Assembly (NCBI GenBank): GCA_020443325.1
Contig: JAGRIK010000356.1
Span: 39,479-103,478 of the forward strand
DNA from: Halioglobus sp.
Lineage (GTDB): Bacteria; Pseudomonadota; Gammaproteobacteria; Pseudomonadales; Halieaceae
DNA: 64,000 nt
Direction: 5' to 3'
The notes beneath the pieces are model-generated. The model was not told the DNA's origin. It saw only the letters and a list, made by a program, of their open reading frames with translations, and ran no database searches. Numbering within the stretch: the stretch's first letter is position 1; every line of letters begins with the position of its first letter. Both the position numbers and the translations under genes were made by a program. Below, in pieces: positions 62,222 to 64,000 of the stretch.

Positions 62222-63127
62222 CTAACGAAGAAACTTCACGACCTTAATAATAGTAGGATCCAGCTTATTCTCTGTGGAGAGGGTAAAACCGAGCTTTGTT
62301 GCCAGCTTTATCATGGGCCAGTTTTCGCGAAGTATTAGCCCTTCAAGCTGGTGTAACCCGGCGACAGTTGCCGCTGCGATTATGTAACGCAATAGTTGAC
62401 TGGCAATACCCGCTCTTTTCCAGTCGTCGGCCACCACCACCGCGAACTCTGCCACATGTTTCTTCAGCGTCGGAGTGTACCTTGCGACCCCAATTTGCCG
62501 CTCGCCTTCGGGCGCTGGAATTGTGGCGATCAGTGCGTAGCTGATTGGAAAATCAGTATGGGTAAGCTGCCGAAGCAGATATTCTGGCAGCTCCCGCAGC
62601 CCTGAGAAAAAGCGTAAGTATCTCGATCGCTCCGATAGCGTTTTGACGAACTGCTGCTCGATCTCCGCGTCATCCGGACCAATCATCCTTATCGTGACCA
62701 ATGTACCATCGGGCGCATTCATCGTTGATGGCTCAATTACAGGAAGATTCTGCGCGCCGGGAAAGATAGCGGACAGACGCGTGAAGACATAAGCATCTAT
62801 CATCGATTTACTGACAATGTCTGTGACGCCCAAATCGACATACTGCCTGCGCAAATTATCGTCGGGTGTATTGCACAATACGATGACAGGTAACGCCGGT
62901 CTGGCGTCGAGAATTGTCCGTACTTGTCTTAACCCATCCTGGCACCCAGTACTCAATGTAAGTAACAGGCAGCTTTGCGACTCCCGATCATTGCTGGTGT
63001 TTGATAGAAAAAACTCCGGTGTCGTGAAGCTCTCAACTTCAATTTCATAGTTATCAAGCAATGATTGCAGAGCCTTTCCCAGCTTCCCATCACCATCAAT
63101 TATGTAGACAACTGTGTTGGCAGTCAT
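62222..63127 (-). CDS. Receiver-like domain fused to a GNAT acetyltransferase (Pat/PatZ-type GNAT domain)
   Basis: VYIIDGD...SCLLLTL...LPVIVL...IVSK receiver pattern; DGT-V-IR-I-P-D, LS-RSRY-RFF, GVARY, AEFAVVVAD-W-GIA, EN-M-KL-KLGF; probable ATG at 63127 (ORF track gives 63163). Confidence 0.82.
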   Translation of the reverse strand: MTANTVVYIIDGDGKLGKALQSLLDNYEIEVESFTTPEFFLSNTSNDRESQSCLLLTLSTGCQDGLRQVRTILDARPALPVIVLCNTPDDNLRRQYVDLGVTDIVSKSMIDAYVFTRLSAIFPGAQNLPVIEPSTMNAPDGTLVTIRMIGPDDAEIEQQFVKTLSERSRYLRFFSGLRELPEYLLRQLTHTDFPISYALIATIPAPEGERQIGVARYTPTLKKHVAEFAVVVADDWKRAGIASQLLRYIIAAATVAGLHQLEGLILRENWPMIKLATKLGFTLSTENKLDPTIIKVVKFLR

Positions 63128-63264
63128 TTCAGTGATGGCGCCTCGCGTAGTGATACGCCCCAATACCTTTCAAGAGCGATACGTCAGTTCATGGTAAGCT
63201 CAACTCAGCCTAGTCGCTTGCGGTCGGTTTTACTAGAATCTATCTGTATCACAGGGAAAATGAG

Positions 63265-63726
63265 ATGATTGAACTGACGAAGATATTCATGGCATATGCC
63301 GAGGCATTTGAGCAAACCTATATCGATGATGACTGGACACGACTTCAATCCTATTTTGCGGAGGATGCCACTTATGAAGTAAGGGGCGGCCCACTAGCCT
63401 GCAAATTGGAGGGGCGTGATGCGATATTGAAAGGTCTCAAGCGATCAGTTGACACTCTGGACAGACGCTGCGATGACCGCAAGATCGACGTCACCAGCGC
63501 ACCCGAGTTCAGCTCCGTTGACGAGGGCGACCAACTCAGTATTGATTGGTATGTAAGCTATCAGTACAAGGATGCTCCGCGCGCCGGATTCCCCGGTCGA
63601 TCGGTGGCCACAGTGGCCGACGGTGTAATCATCGCCCTGCGCGATGAATACAGTGACGAGAAAATGAAGCCGTTTATCGACTGGATGGCGCAGTATGGTA
63701 ACGATCTGGATGGGGCTTATGTCTGA
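63265..63726 (+). CDS. NTF2/SnoaL-like domain protein
   Basis: F-AYAEAF...DW-L-YFAEDATY...GRDAI...DG-I-LRD pattern. Confidence 0.75.
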   Translation: MIELTKIFMAYAEAFEQTYIDDDWTRLQSYFAEDATYEVRGGPLACKLEGRDAILKGLKRSVDTLDRRCDDRKIDVTSAPEFSSVDEGDQLSIDWYVSYQYKDAPRAGFPGRSVATVADGVIIALRDEYSDEKMKPFIDWMAQYGNDLDGAYV

Positions 63727-63787
63727 CTGCGGCCTACGCGCTGGCGTCTGTTACTGGCAGTTTCTGCCGACGAGCGGTACATCAAAT

Positions 63788-64000
63788 CTACGCCTGCTTG
63801 CGCCTGGCTAGACTCGCTCCAATAAGTGCTGCACCGATCAGCCATACTGTCGCGGGGATGGGTACTGGGGCAGCTTCGCGCAAAGTGATGTAGGTTTCGG
63901 GGCCAGGATATCTCTCCGCCCGATAATCATAAAAGTCGCCATTGCATACCTGCGACTGCCTGTCGCTCTTGTCCCAGCACTGCAGGAATATTTCGTCATA
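63788..64000 (-). CDS. 3' end of a VPLPA-CTERM/PEP-CTERM-type exosortase substrate (partial)
   Basis: Manual translation: ...YITLREAAPVPIPATVWLIGAALIGASLARRKQA*, i.e. VPIPA motif, TM helix and basic tail; absent from the ORF track. Confidence 0.8.
   Translation of the reverse strand, partial: YDEIFLQCWDKSDRQSQVCNGDFYDYRAERYPGPETYITLREAAPVPIPATVWLIGAALIGASLARRKQA

Overview
Chromosomal window from a GC-rich gammaproteobacterium; gene order and protein style suggest a marine Halieaceae/OM60-like organism (inference only). About 57 kb is conserved core genome: malic enzyme (partial), rpmE, priA, argS, a SPOR/FtsN-like gene, hslVU, ubiEJB, hisIE, tatABC, split pntAB, epmA-efp, a fimW-like gene, serB, parC, dtd, typA, thiI, glnA-ntrBC (with NtrC sites and sigma-54 promoters), trmL, secB-grxC-rhodanese, gpmI-envC-ctpA, hisBHAF, mutY-yggX and tRNA-Phe(GAA). 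Accessory or less ordinary parts: (i) a patch at 15.9-17.3 kb with a decayed DUF222/HNH-like gene remnant and a toxin-first RelE/HigBA-type module; (ii) a hemerythrin protein with a Lys/Ala/Pro-rich histone-like tail; (iii) a coupled FAN1-like VRR-NUC nuclease plus nuclease-fused Fe-S XPD/DinG helicase operon; (iv) three intergenic long inverted-repeat elements, two sharing one internal architecture; (v) an AT-rich region after tRNA-Phe with no recognisable integrase but two degenerate copies of the tRNA 3' half. Each copy is preceded by an IHF-like box at nearly the same spacing and by a motif that occurs three times, dividing the region into stacked cargo cassettes (a PD-(D/E)XK nuclease-like gene, a Cys-rich hypothetical, a lipoprotein/lipase-like pair). 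Beyond these lie a pseudo-receiver-GNAT fusion, a SnoaL-like gene and a partial VPLPA/PEP-CTERM-type protein that the ORF track missed. All family assignments come from motif recognition by eye; no searches were run.
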